Below are positions 1-12,697 of a DNA stretch of 64,000 nt, one piece after another. Numbering within the stretch: the first letter of the stretch is position 1; every line of letters starts with the position of its first letter. The notes below the pieces were generated by a model, which was not told the origin of the DNA, did no database searches, and worked only from the letters and a program-made list of their open reading frames with translations. The position numbers and the translations under genes were made by a program. Location of the stretch: positions 1,209,285-1,273,284 of the forward strand of contig MU053934.1 in assembly GCA_013239625.1 (NCBI GenBank). Reading direction: 5' to 3'. The stretch is from Lama guanicoe. Taxonomy: Eukaryota.

Positions 1-288
1 TATTGTGTTAGTTACAGCAAAGTGATTCATTTATACATATATATTCTTTTTCATAGTCTTTTCCAAAATAAGTTATTATGAGATATTGAATATAGTTCCC
101 TGTGCTATAGAGTAAGACTTTGATGTATATCTGTTTTCTACATAGTAGTTTGTATCTGCTAATCCTAAATTCCTAATTTATTTCTCCCCACCCCACAAAT
201 TCCCCTCTGGTAACCATAAGCTTGTTATCTATGTCTGTGTGTCTGTTCCAGTTTTGTAAAGAAGTTCATTTGTATCATATTTTAGATG
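1..288 (-). mobile_element. L1 3'-end fragment (cetartiodactyl-type), cut by window start
   Basis: Antisense L1 3'UTR motifs 'gatattgaatatagttccctgtgctata' and 'ggtaaccataag', homologous to the copies at 8789-9350 and 61926-62205. Confidence 0.85.
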
Positions 289-529
289 ACTCTTTGTTCA
301 AAGTCATAAATTGTAGTGAGGTTGTTTTTGAGGTTGGAGTCATCATGCTAGACTTATGAAGCTATTTAAAGATATGAATATGGCCTTTTCCCCTAAACTG
401 TTTTCCAATCAAATGAAAGAGACTATATACAACATGGACAAATATTAAAGAGTTAAATCATAATACATTGCTTTGTAGCTGATAACTCTAAGCAAGACAT
501 TATTTTTCACAAAATAAATGGTCTAGATT

Positions 530-750
530 GGGCATCAGCAAACAACAGCCCAGGAACCAAATTCAGCCCCCGACTTGATTTTGTAAAGACAGTATTTTTG
601 GAAAACAGCCACCCTGTTTGTGTAAGTATTATCTCTGGCTACTTTCCTACCACAATAGCAGAGTTGAGTCATTGCAACAGAAACCATTTGGTTCACAAAG
701 CCTAAAATATTTAATATCTGTCCCTTTACATACACAGTTTACTGGCCCTT
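530..750 (+). mobile_element. MER58A-like hAT-Charlie DNA transposon
   Basis: 'gcagagttgagtcattgcaacagaaacc...caaagcctaaaatatttaatatctg' matches recalled MER58A consensus; second copy at 34350. Confidence 0.8.
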
Positions 751-1479
751 GATTTATATGAAAAAGGATAGATCCTTCAAAAAGTGAGCCGCAGAGGTCT
801 CGGAAGGCTCCCTGGAGGAAAGGGTTCTTCAGAGAGCCCTTAGAATGGGACAGGTGATGGAAAGGGAAAGAGAAAGGAAGGGTTCCATAATCCTAGAATC
901 ACAGAGTGGAAGTGGAAGGAACCTGACAGGCAGCTGTGCAGCTTGTCCACAGGATGGAGTCCTCTTTGGACCACACCTGGCAGGTGTCTGTTTAGACAGG
1001 CTCTTCTGGACCTCTTGCATGTCATGCCACAGGACAGCAGGAACCACAGTGCTCCATCCCAGGGTTGGCCAGCCACGGTGATCAGCCAGCACTTCTTTCT
1101 AAGATGCTGAAACTGACTTCCCTGTAATTTCTGCTTGGTTGTTTCTCCACATTTCCACCCTCAGGTATTTGGAAAGGCCAGTTAGCTGCTTCCAGAGTCC
1201 TCTTTACAACAGACTAAACTTCCTGTAGAACAGTTCCCAGATGTGGTTCTCAGTCTCTTGACCATCATCACTGGCCTCCCCTAAACACTCTTGTGTGTGA
1301 ATACCCATTTCCAGGATGGCACCACACGTCAGTCTTGCTGCTCCACAGATTTCTGTCTTCTGTGGTTCTTGGGCACCCTTTTTTCTCCCCTCGGTAGCTG
1401 CCATCAAGTGCAGTGTGTTTGAAAGAGCTTAGCTTTAGCAGCTTACCAGCCTTCATATAAATCCCGGATCCTCTTTTTT

Positions 1480-1605
1480 TTATCTCTGTAAGCCTCAGTC
1501 CCCTTGTCTTTTAAATACTGACTGCAGGATTACCATAAGGACTAGAGATGATAGTTGTAAAGTGCCCAGGACATACTCAACACTCAATAAATTGTAATTA
1601 TATTT
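1480..1605 (+). mobile_element. MIR fragment
   Basis: 'gcctcagtc...taaagtgcccagga...cactcaataaattgtaattat' resembles the MIR 3' half. Confidence 0.55.
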
Positions 1606-2269
1606 ATTGTTCTAGTTGCCACTTCTACTAATGAAATCTGATGTCACAGGGCAACCAGCCCACAAGGCAAGCTTCAATTTTTGTGAAAATTCCCGGCATC
1701 TGTTCCCATAAAATATTTACAATCTTTTTTTTTTCTAGGAAAAGCAGAGTCCTAATTTGCCCCAGCAGAGATCTGAATCCAATTACACACTGCCCTTCCA
1801 GATGCCTGGCTCCCTCTGTGTTCATTTTCCTCCAGTTCTTATCAGGAGCTCCCTCTGCGGGGGCAGCTCCATGATCCCGGCATCTTTGCTTTGACCTTCT
1901 CCCTGCCTTCCTGGCTCCTTGGAGCAGCACGGTGGGCTCTGACTGGAGCTTGTCCCATAGACCTCACTCTGCTCCTTCACATGGCTGGACTGTAAACAAA
2001 CAATGCCCGATAGCCAGGGCAATGCAGGCGCTGTGTATGAGATGCTGGGGGCCAGCCTCGTCTTCATTTCTACGCTCCTTCTATCCTGGGTAGAACAGAA
2101 CCAAACTCTCCTTTCCTTACAAGGCTGTACCTCCAAAGATGTAGCACAGAAATTTAAAACAAAACAAAAAAAGTCTCCATATATGAGTCCAGTAGCTGAA
2201 CTGGGGTAAAAAGCCAAGGATGAATGTGAATTTAGAGATGGATTCCAGAGATGACTAAGACACACTCAG

Positions 2270-2762
2270 AGTGGTTGGTGGAATAAAAGCTCCCTAAAGA
2301 TGTCCATACCCTGGTCCCGAATACCTGTGAATATTGTACCTTACATGGCAAAAGGGACTTTGCGGAAGTGACTAATTAAATATGGCTGTGAGATGGAAGA
2401 TTGTTCGGGATGATATGAGTGGGCCAATGTAATCACTAGGGTCCTTAAAAGTGAAAGAGGGAGGCAGAAGAGAGCTCAGAGGGATGTGGTAAGAGAACTT
2501 GACCCATCACTGCTGGCTCTGAGGAAGGAAGAAGGGGCCATAAGCTAAGGCATGTGGGCAGCCTCTAGAAGCTGGAAAAGACAAGGAAAGAGATTCTGCC
2601 CTACAGTCTCCCGAAGGGAAAGCAGACTGCTGACACCTTGATGTTAGCCCAGTGAGACACGTGTCAGGCTTCTAAACTACAGAACTTTAAGATGATAAGT
2701 TTGCGTTGTTTTCCGCCACTAAATGTGGTGATTTGTTATGGCGGCAATAGAAAAGTAGTACA
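2270..2762 (+). mobile_element. MLT1D-like solo LTR (ERVL-MaLR)
   Basis: 'ccttacatggcaaaagggactttgc', 'gcagcctctagaagctggaaaag', end 'gcaatagaaaagtagtaca'; 5-bp TSD ctcag (2265-2269) / ctcaa (2763-2767). Confidence 0.9.
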
Positions 2763-2919
2763 CTCAAGAAACACAGGAAGACAAGAAGCCCTAGGAGGGA
2801 GGGTTTGTCGAGAAAATCCATGGAGGTTAGTTTCAAGAAATAGAAGGTGGCCAACTATGTAAAGAACTACTGGAAAGTTAAATAATATGAGAACTGAAAA
2901 AAAGAAATCCTGATCCTCT

Positions 2920-3340
2920 TCTCCCTGCATACAACCCACCTCTTCTATTTCCAGCTCCACCAACAGCCCCAGGGTGATATTTCTAAAATAGGGATAAAAC
3001 CACATCACTCTCTAGCATAAAGCTCTCTCCTAAATCCCCACAATTTTTGTGATCAAGTCCAAAACGGCTTGCAAGACATGATCTATTCACCATCAACTCT
3101 CCAAGTCTGTATCTTCCACTTCCTCCATGTAACAAAACACACTCACCATTGCAAGCACACTGACTCTCTAAGGCCCCATTTAGCAAATAGGATGCACCCA
3201 GTGCTCTCACACCCCCATACCTTTCATGTGCTATTCCATTTCCTGGCCTGCCCTTGGCCCACATGTCATCCCTGCAGCAATCCTCAAGATGTAGCGCAAG
3301 CCATTTGCCTTCCTCGGACCGCCTTCTCTGAGCAATTCCC
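2920..3340 (+). mobile_element. L2 fragment
   Basis: 'cccagggtgatatttctaaaata...atcactctct' and 'ctttcatgtgctattcc' resemble the L2 3' region. Confidence 0.55.
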
Positions 3341-3599
3341 AGTCTCAGTCTCGTAGGTCTCTGTGAGCCATGACAACTCACATATTCCTCCCTTATGTAG
3401 CAGAACTGTGCTCTTCAGAGTTGAGCACACTTGGCTGCCAGCTCTCAGCATATGATGCCCCCACTCCCCTTCTTAGGAAAGTATGAGGTCTCGGATCTGA
3501 CATGAGCCAAGGTTCTCTCTGAGAGCCAAAGCTAGGAAGACAGATCTCGCTGGTGGCTACCAGGCATGCTGCCAAGGAACACAGAGCAAAACGGGTCTA

Positions 3600-3803
3600 G
3601 GTTATGTGGTGGAACATTATGTAGTGATGGGAGCATGCTGTATCTAATGCTGTCCTTTAGCCACAGGTGGTTACAGAATACTTAAAATGTAGCTTGAAGT
3701 CCAACTAAGGAGCTGAGTGTTTAATTTTATTTAATTTTAATTAATTTTAATTTATGTTTAAATAGCCACAGGTGGTTAGTGGCTACTGGACTGAACAGCA
3801 CAG
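3600..3803 (+). mobile_element. MER3-like hAT-Charlie element
   Basis: 'tttaattttatttaattttaattaa...aaatagccacaggtggttagtggctac' is diagnostic of MER3. Confidence 0.8.
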
Positions 3804-3814
3804 CTGACGGGAAG

Positions 3815-5023
3815 TCAGAGTAAACAGCAACACAAGGAAAGCATCAAATCCAAAGGGATGATGGGTTAACAGTTCCGAAACTACTCTACAGCCACACTGG
3901 AGCTGAACAATCAAATAAACAGGTTACAGAGGTGGGAGCCAGGTTTCTCGCTGTAGAGTGCAAGGTTACAGACAAGCAGAGGGAGACAGCTGGGATAATC
4001 CATGTAGTAACAGATCAGTGTTCAACACATAGATACGAACTCACGTTTAGTTTAATACAGATACCAATGGTTACCTACAGAATATTTATAGATAATGTAT
4101 ATACACCTGTTAGTATAGACACATGTTATTCCCGTGTTCTGTCAGCTGAGAGGACCCAGAAGTATGGACATTCCAGTAGCAACAAGCACATCTAACACCC
4201 CGATCTGGGTCTCTAATACCACCCGCAATAAAAGGAACCAGAGATTCTTGAAGAAACGACTGGTGCTAGGATTGGGGCAGGAAATACACAAATATACAAG
4301 GTAAGCCTGGAGCACCTTGTAATGCCAGGAAGCTGGGGAGTAGGGGGTTAGAGGACACAATGACAGGATGATGCAAATGGACACTGGAGCCAACTGTAAG
4401 AAGACCTTTCCCATGAACAAGGCTGGAACAATTTGAGCTAAACACAGGAAGCAGAACTGAGTTATAACTCAAAGTATAAAATAAATACCTGTGAGTCCAT
4501 ACTGATATAAATGATTGATTGAATAAATAAGTAACTGAGGGAGAATGGACAAATCTCTCGCACAGAAGAATTTCAAATCATTAAATTTAGACCCTGGAAC
4601 CCTCCAGGTGATGGAGCATAGTTGCCATTCCTTATGTATACACTGTGCCTAGTGACTTTTTGTCGAAGGGTACTACTGTATGGAAAGGTAGGGAAATTAA
4701 AACCTTCACAGCTGGGAAACCTGACCAAAAAAAAAAAGCCTCAGCAAGGCGATCACAGTAGCTGTCAACTGTGACAAGTCTTGTTTACAGCATGTGGTCT
4801 TGATGTGCTGTGAAAGAGGTAAAATGGTACTTTACCTCCGTGGGTTCCCTCCCTAAACCCACAACCCCATCTAATGATGAGGGAAACATCAGACAAATCC
4901 CCACTGAGGGATAGTCTATAAAATACCTGACCAGCACTCCTCAGAATTGTCAGGAACTCTCTATACAATCCTTACAAGCTTTTTGTAAATCTAAAACTAC
5001 ACTAAAATAAAAAGCTTATTTTT
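3815..5023 (+). mobile_element. Old L1 (L1MC/L1MD-type) 3' UTR
   Basis: 'ctgtcagctgagaggacccagaag', 'aataaaaggaaccagag', terminal 'ttgtaaatctaaaactacactaaaataaaaag'; homologous to 20495-20933. Confidence 0.8.
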
Positions 5024-5146
5024 GCAGGGTGGGGGGTACAGCTCAAGTGGTAGCGTGCATGCTTAGCATGCATGAGGTCTTGGGTTCAGTCCCCAGTACC
5101 CCCTCTAAAAATAATAAGTAAATAAATAAACCTCCCCCCACCAAAA
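5024..5146 (+). mobile_element. Camelid tRNA-Ala-derived SINE (vic-1 type)
   Basis: A box 'agctcaagtgg', B box 'ggttcagtcc', Ala-AGC-like arm 'tgcttagcatgca', tail 'aataaataaacctccccc'; 15-bp TSD aaaaagcttattttt at 5009-5023 and 5147-5161. Confidence 0.9.
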
Positions 5147-5204
5147 AAAAAGCTTATTTTTTAAAAATCCAAAGGGATCAGTAAAAAGATAAGACAATGA
5201 TATT

Positions 5205-5737
5205 TTTCCCCCATGTGTATCTCCTGGTCTTCCTGGGGATTCCTCTCCTCCTCCAATCTCAGTCCACATGGTTTGGATAAAACTTTTCCCAGCATCCTTA
5301 TTCCAGTGGAGGGACAGCATGTGATCCAGGCCCAGCCAGTCAAAGCGCTCCTTCCCCATGGCCACTGTGACTGGTTCAGGAGTGGGCACATGACACAAAC
5401 CAGACTTGTGAGGCTCACCTCCAGCATGTTTATTGGAACCGTTGGGGAAGAGATGCTCTTTCCACTTGGACCACTGAGAAGATGTAAGCTGGCAGCCACC
5501 CTGTTACCAAAAGCAGACAGCTTGCTTGAGAATAGGGCCAAAGCAGAGGAAAACAAGAGAAGGAAAGAAATAGACAGCAGCCTGGTGATAGTCTTTGAGC
5601 TCCTGATACACCATGTATGAAGTAAGTGGTAGCCCTGGATTTTGTGATTTGATGAACCATGCTAGTTCCTGTTGCTTTAAGCAAGTTTGAGTTGGGGCTT
5701 CAGTGAATTGCAGCCACCAGGGTCTTGACCAATACAG
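5205..5737 (+). mobile_element. MLT1K-like solo LTR
   Basis: 'ggccactgtgactggttcaggagtgggcacatgac'; end 'gctttaagcaagtttgagttgggg...gaccaataca'. Confidence 0.75.
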
Positions 5738-7429
5738 TCAGACTAAGGAAAATGGTCTGAGCCAGAATCTACAAGAGAGACAGTGGGGGTCCTCCTTCTT
5801 CCCAGTCATGTGTTTTCATACTGAAGCTTCTGCCCCCGGGCAGAAACCCTACATTAGTTACTCTTCCTCCTCTCTTTTCTGGGTACCTGTGAGGCAATGT
5901 CAGAAAAGGGGAATAAGCATGTCTGGTCCGTCCTATCTGGATCTCCTTTTCTGACCTACCTGCCTGCAAACTGGATATGTTCTACTCCACTGCTGCCACC
6001 ACGAGGCACATCCATTAAGATCAGGCCCACACCTGCATTCTAGTGGCAGGTCTCAAGGCTCATCCTTCTCTGACCTCACTCTTTGACCTTGATAGGTTTC
6101 ATGCAGCTACTCTGGATAAGGAGGATCGCTTCATAGACCCCAGCTTGCCCTTGGATGCATCATTCTGAGGTCTCTATTCAAGGATAAAAACTGATTGTTG
6201 CCGCAGATCCAAGATACTCTCTCCAAGCTGGTGTTATCCCATATAAAAATGACATTTTGCCCTTCCATTGTCCAACTATTTCTCATCCTGCTCTGGGCTC
6301 AGAGTTTAGAGAAAGGGTGTGATTAATTCACCTCTCAAATTTAGGCAACAAAATGGGGTTTGGAGATAGAATGTGGAAAATGAAACTTAGGGACTTGCCA
6401 TGACAGAAGTCATTTTACAGTCCTTGTGTAACTCCTCACCTGTGCCTGTGGGAGGAATGTTCAGGACAGTGTCTTCTTACAACTAGAAAAGGAATCCAGA
6501 ACTAGATCCTGAAAGAACAAACTCTTGTCTTTGTAAGCCGCAATGCAAGTACATATGAAAGACTAGCAGAAAAAAATTCCTTGATATCTTGGCTGCTGCC
6601 CTGAATGATAACTAAATTGAAATAAAAGGCACAATTACATTATACACTAAATAAGCTATAGGGGAAATCGATTTTAGCCTCCAGGGATTTCTTTAACCAC
6701 AGGTCTTAAAAGGGCATCTTACCCAAGACTCTATCTTTGAATTAGTCCCTTATCCTTCTGTTCAGTGGAAGCAGTAACTTCTCCCATTTGGATGCAAGAT
6801 TGGCTGTAAAAACCAACTTGGTTAATGCTTCTAAAGCACTGGGCCAGAACTAAGAATTGCAACAAGGGAAGTTAGAAGGCAGGAGTGAAGTCTGAGAAAG
6901 CTCACATTCTTTTTGCATAAATATCTCGTGATATTATCTTAGTTTCTCAAGTCAGTATTTCTTCTGTAAATAATTCACAGTAATAGGTAGTGAGCTAGCT
7001 GTGAGGGGAAGTGGTAAATTATTTACAGTAGTGGTGCAATGTGAAACCTAATACAATCTGGATGGAGGATTAGGGACAAGTTAGGGATAAATGAGACCGG
7101 CTCCATCCGGGTAGAGGATGGTCGCCAACGAATTCAATAATTTAGTGCACACCTTAGAGAGTTGAGATCCACTGGCCTTAGTCCCTAAGTGGGGCAGTGT
7201 AAGAGTCAAAGAGCAGGGTCCAATCAGCTAAAAATAAGTTCAAGCAGCCCTAGCTTGTGTGTCTTGAACCCCATGCAAGATACACATAACTGAAATACCT
7301 AAGCTGTCCATTGGGCAAGATGAGGAGAAGGGACAGATTGAACTGGGCTAAGTCAGAATTCATTTCAGCAACCAAGAAAGGGCAGAAAACCTGAGCACAC
7401 TCAAGCACTAACAACTTTCATCATTTCAC

Positions 7430-7910
7430 AATGTAATGACCTGTATTTATGGAACTCTTACCTTGGCGTTACCGACACCGTATAATTTCATTCTCATGAT
7501 GACATCATGATGACCATCATCACCCTCATTTTCTAGATGACAAAAATGAGTTTCATGTGGTTGCCAGGGGGAAAGAGGGTGGGAGGGGTCAAATTTGGGA
7601 GTTCAAGATTTGCAAACATTAACGACTCTATATAAAAATAGATTTAAAAAAAACAAGTTTCTTTTGTAGAGCACAGGGAACTATGTTTGGTATCTTGTAA
7701 TAACCTATAATGAGAAAGAATATGAAAATGAATATATGTATGTATGTATATGACTGAGCCATTATGCTGTGCACCAGAGACTGACATATTATAGCTGACT
7801 ATACTTCAATAAATAATGTTTAAAATAAGTTTCAGAGAAGTTAGGTAACATGGCTGTGGTCACACGGCTAGAAAGTGGACAGATGGGACCCACACTCAGA
7901 TTTGGTTTCT
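7430..7910 (-). mobile_element. MIR split by an L1 insertion
   Basis: 'ctcattttctagatgacaaaaatgag' resumes as 'cagagaagttaggtaac...ggtcacacggctagaaagtgg' after the L1. Confidence 0.7.
7556..7821 (+). mobile_element. 5'-truncated L1 3' end
   Basis: 'gtggttgccaggggg...agcacagggaactat...tatacttcaataaa'; 13-bp TSD aaaatgagtttca (7543-7555) / aaaataagtttca (7822-7834). Confidence 0.9.
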
Positions 7911-8151
7911 CTACTGTGTTTTCTCACCCAGTCCCACGAGAGTTGCCTGCCACTCAAATATGTACAACGCTTTCATCCTTCTTTTGTTTTCTTTGCCTAC
8001 AAAGAGATACAGACCTGTCGCTGCAGTGCGGGGATGGCATTGGCTCCAGGGTGAGACAAGCTTGAACTAATTGAATCGTTGCACCTCTGTTTAATAGCTG
8101 TGTGACTCGGACCATGTTATTCCACCATTCGAAGCCTGTCTCCTTGTCGAG

Positions 8152-9490
8152 TCATTCCACAAATAGGTACTGAGCACCCATCATGTGCTGGTCAATTGGT
8201 CAAGGTAAAGGAAACAACACAAAACTGCCTGCCCTCAGGGAGCATACATTCTAATGGTTTGTGGAGAAGACAGTGGAGGGGGCAGAGGTGATAGCCACAA
8301 GCAATGTAAGTAAGTAAACTGTATAGTATATTAGAAGGTGTTGCATACTGGAGAGGAAGAAAAAGAGAAGGAGTAAAGGGAATGCACTGGAGGGGTCCAG
8401 TTTTAAATGCAGTGGTCAAGGAAGGTCTCATTAAGATGCGCCATTTGAGCAGACTTGAAGGAATAAAGTGCAAACCATGCAGCTATCCAGGGGAGGATTC
8501 CAGTCAGAGGGAAGACCAAGGGCAAAGACCCTGAGGTGGCAACAGGCGAGGCCATGAGAACTCATCTGGCAGTTGGAAGAGCACCAAGGAGGCAGGAGCA
8601 GAGAGACTGAGTGGGAGGAGGTGATAGGAAGTGAGACTGGACAGGGGATGTGGCACAGGGGTGGGTCCTACAGAGCCTGCTTGAGCTGAGGGAGCCATTC
8701 TCATTGTGTAAGATGGGGAATGGCGAGCCACAGGTGGTACTGCGTGGAGGACTGACATCATCTGACTTCAGTTTTACAAGGCCCATCTCTTTTCTTATTG
8801 AAGTACAGTTGATTTACAATGTAGTGTTAGTTTCAGGCATACAGCAAAGTGACTCAGTTATATATACATAACTGATTCTTTTTCATGGTATGTTATTATA
8901 AGATATTGAATATAGTTCCCTGTGCTATACAGTAGGTCCTTGTTCTTTATTTATTTTATATATAGTAATGTGTATGTGTATCTGTTAACCCCAAACTCCT
9001 AATTTATTTCTCCTTCTCATTATCCTTTGGTAACCATAAGTTTGTTTTCTATGTCTGTGAGTCTATTTCTATTCTATAAATAAGTTCATTTGTGTCATTT
9101 TTTTAGATTCCATATCTAAGTGATCGCATATGATATTTGTCTTTCTCTGACTTCACTTAGTATGACAATCTCTAGGTTCATCTATGTTGCTGCAAATGGC
9201 ATTATGTCATTCTTTTTTAGGTCTGAGTAATATTCCATTGTGTAAATATACCACAACTTCTTTATCCAGTCATCTGTCAATGGACATTTAAGTTGCTTAC
9301 ATGTCTTGGCTATTGTAAATATTCAATATTGGGTACATGTATCTTTTGAGTGGAGAAATGATGTCATCATACTTCAGTTTCACAAGGGCCATCTTGATGA
9401 TTGTGAAGTGAATAGAGTTTTGGGAGACAAGCGTTTGCTTTCCATCAGGCAAGAGACAATGTGGGTTACAGTGACAATACCACGGGGCTG
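8152..9490 (-). mobile_element. L2 3' region split by an L1
   Basis: 'tcattccacaaataggtactgagcacc', 'ctgccctcagggagcatacattcta', 'gtggtcaaggaaggtctcattaag'; resumes after 9350. Confidence 0.8.
8789..9350 (-). mobile_element. 5'-truncated L1 3' end with a long flanking duplication
   Basis: 'ttattgaagtacagttgatttacaatg...gttgctgcaaatggcatt...ctttatccagtcatctgtcaatggacattta'; flanked by 44-bp direct repeats. Confidence 0.9.
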
Positions 9491-9720
9491 GCCAGTGAGA
9501 ATTAAATAATGTCTGGAAAGCACCAGGCATGCAGTAGGGCCCCAAACATCAGTGGGTCCTATTATTACATAGATCCCTTTTCACGGCAGAAGATCATTTT
9601 CACCCTCACTCCAATTCCGATGTTCTATGGGCAGGGCTTATTATGTGAAGGGCTGAAATTTATAGAAAATTGCGTGCATATCTTTGAAACTTTCTTTGCC
9701 TAGCTCTACATCTGACTAAG

Positions 9721-9890
9721 AAAAGTTTTGGGGGATTTTGTTTTTTGTTTTTTGTTTTTGTTTTTGTTTTTGTTGGGGGAGGTAATTAGGTTTACTTATT
9801 TATTTATTCATAGAGGAAGTACTAGGGATTGAACCCAGGACCACATGAATGCTAAGCACGCGCTCTACCACTTGAGCTATACCCTCCCCC
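9721..9890 (-). mobile_element. Camelid tRNA-Ala-derived SINE (vic-1 type)
   Basis: Reverse complement reads gggggagggtatagctcaagtggtagagcgcgtgcttagc...ggttcaatccc...aaacctaattacctccccc followed by a (caaaaa)n tail; TSD tctgactaag at 9711-9720 and 9891-9900. Confidence 0.9.
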
Positions 9891-10559
9891 TCTGACTAAG
9901 TCAAAAATATGTATCATCCTCTTTCTGGAGGAAAAGGTAGAATAAAATAATGTGAAAGGAGTTGGCTTTAACCAGTAAGATGGGCTGCTATCCGAAATTG
10001 TTTTGCTCAGAATAACAAGTCTCAAATCAGATTGCATTTCTACTTCATGCTATTCTTTCTAACTCCCTACGCTTCTTGACATCCAAAGAGGAAAACAGTA
10101 ACAACCAACCTAAAAAAAAAAGTCCCTTTGGCCTGGAGCATATTTTTCTCTAAGAGAGAATTCACATCGGGACTCATTTGCTTAGTTAGGGTCAAGTTTA
10201 TGAAACATTTTTAGGTAATTACTTAAGTCCTAAGACAGTGACAGTGTGAAAACTTGTGCATGTTCATAAATCTTATCAGCAGTACTAACTATGCTTTTTC
10301 TGTAGATACACGGTCTACAGAGCTGTGAAAAGTGCTCTCATCTCCTGGGGGAGGGCAATAATTTTCCTGGTTCTTATTCTTGCTGCACAGAATCATTTCA
10401 TGAAGTGATTTCTGACTGTTTCTCTGAAATCTAAACAAAATGCTAATCTTTAGGCTTTATTGATTCTACTTTTTTTATACTGAGAACTTCATGAAGTTGG
10501 TGGTCATGATATTATTGTTCTTGGATTTTATATCAGTTCCAAGATATATTCATTTTTCA

Positions 10560-10935
10560 CCCATTCATTCATTCCACAAGCATTCACTGGCCATCTGCCA
10601 TGTGACACCCATTATGTTGGAAGCTGAAGACACCAAGGAGAGGAAACACAGCCCCTGCCCTTAAAACACTCCCAGCCTAGTGGACAGAGAGTCGAGCCAA
10701 CAGACAATTCAGCACAGCAGGGCAGTTGATACCTCGGCAGTCTGTGCAAAGCATTGCGGAAATGAGGGTGCAGGAAATCCAAATCACAAGGTCAGGGAGA
10801 TGGCATTTAACGTGAAGCTTAAGAGATAAATGGGTATTTGTTTGGTCAAAATAACAAAGCATTATTAGGGAACCAACCCTCCAGGAGAAGGAACAGCTAG
10901 CTACAGGCAAGACGGAACAACAAAGGCATGAGAGA
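10560..10935 (-). mobile_element. L2 3' end
   Basis: 'cattcattcattccacaagcattcactgg...cagcccctgcccttaaaacactcccagcctag'. Confidence 0.7.
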
Positions 10936-10938
10936 TCG

Positions 10939-10957
10939 TGGCCTGTAGAGGGCGCTA
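10939..10957 (+). promoter_or_regulatory. Candidate CTCF binding site
   Basis: TGGCCTGTAGAGGGCGCTA versus core consensus TGGCCACCAGGGGGCGCTA; the four differences fall at commonly tolerated positions and the CpG is retained. Confidence 0.55.
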
Positions 10958-11789
10958 CAGGCATATCCCAGCAGACACAGTAAGGTATCCCTTCAGAAAG
11001 CATTTAAGGTATGGGATAGACGCCACGTCCTCAAATGTCTGTTCGCACCCCGAGAATCCAACGACTACCCAGTCACCCAACATGTGTTGAGCCCTTAGCA
11101 TGTGCCAGGTGCCAGAAATTCAGAGGCAAAAAACCCACAGTGTCTTCCTTCCAGAAGCTCATGGTCTTGTCGTCATAAAACAAAAGATTTTTACCTATAC
11201 AAAAAAATCACAGAGACACAGTTCAGCTCCCATACCAGCTTGTCCTTGGGCAATTCACTTATACTATGAGGACCCCAGGAGCTTCATCAGTAAAAACTGG
11301 GCCAGTACACTTAACTCCCAAGAGGTTACTGATAAGTGATAAAACACAGGGAATTATCCAATGTCATGTCTAACGTGTAGCAGATGGTCAACAAATGTTA
11401 ATTGCATATTTTATTTGGAAAAGAACAAATTCTAGTTTTTTACTGGAAAGTAAAAATGCTCAAGTCAGTATGCTCTAAGGTTGGGGAGAGGAAGGAGGAG
11501 ATAATTCTGTTACCTTTTCCATTTATTTTCCCATGCAGCCTGTCTAATTGAGCAGAAGGGGCATGGGAGGAGGGAAGATGGTCAATACTAGCCAAGATCC
11601 AGATAATGGGGTAGAGGGGAGGTCTACGTTTGCTTGTTCTGTATCCCCAGCATCTAACACAGAGACTGACCCAAGCAGGCGCTCCATAAGTATTTTTTGA
11701 ATGGAGGTATATTCTGCAAATTGGAAACTGCCTCAAGCAACTGTAAAGAGATGTGTAATCCTGGAAATGAATGCACTTGTTCAATGGCC

Positions 11790-12110
11790 AGAAACCACCA
11801 AGAGGTTGAGGAATGACTGAAGGAACTAAGGATGTTTAAGCCTGGAGAAGAAATGACCCACGAAGACATGAGTTCTGTCATCAAATCTTGAGCCCATCAT
11901 CCCTTGAAGGATAGAATTGACTATCTGTGGGGCTCCAGGAAAATGGACACTAGGAGCAAGAAAAAGGAGCAAATCACAGGGAGGCAGATTTCAACTCAAT
12001 CCTGCCTAGGGGCTGAGTCTCCCTCCGGGACTTGAGTTAAGGGTGGCCTCAATGTCTTTGAGGTGTCCGTCACTGGCGTGGCCCAGCACAGGATCACGTG
12101 GTCTGCTTTC
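11790..12110 (+). mobile_element. L3/CR1 LINE 3' fragment
   Basis: 'gaaggaactaaggatgtttaagcctggagaaga' and 'acagggaggcagatttcaactcaat' match recalled L3 consensus. Confidence 0.75.
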
Positions 12111-12144
12111 AAGCATTAAGAGAGCAATAGAACCTTCAGTAATG

Positions 12145-12560
12145 GATATTTATAGCTTTAGTCTGGGCAGCATTCTTCCCTTAGGGAAACATCCCTTACA
12201 CTCTGCCAGTTGCAGGGCTGCACTCCGTACATCTCGCTCCCCCAACCCCACCACGAAAGGGGTGGCTTGACCTAAGCTAAGACAATTAGCATCTCTTTCT
12301 GAGGAGGAATTTGAGTCTTAAGAAAAGGTTCACAAAGTCAGGTGTCTGCCCTTGGTCATCGGATGGTAGCAACCCATGGAACCAGTTTCCGTGTTTCTAA
12401 TGCTACGATGTCTTGGTGTGTCCTGGTTCCTGTGATTTCTGCCAACTGGTCGCTCACTGAGTTCTTTAGTTCCATGAGTTACTCAACAGCTTTAGAACAA
12501 GCCCCTTCTTTACTTAGGCTACTGAATGAGTCTCCTTTGCTTACAAAGAAACAATTTTTG
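12145..12560 (+). mobile_element. Old ERVL/MaLR-type LTR (subfamily uncertain)
   Basis: 'gtggcttgacctaagctaagacaattagcatctc' and end 'cttaggctactgaatgagtctcctttgcttacaa' resemble MLT1L/LTR16-class LTRs. Confidence 0.5.
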
Positions 12561-12697
12561 CAGAGAGGATTAGTTTATCGGTTTATGACTAATTCTGCAA
12601 TCCATAGCTTAGAATGCTCCCCAATCTTCTACCAAAGAGATAGTACAAGGCAAAAGAGGTTCTCAGCATCCCCCAACCATGGACTGTTATGTCAGCG

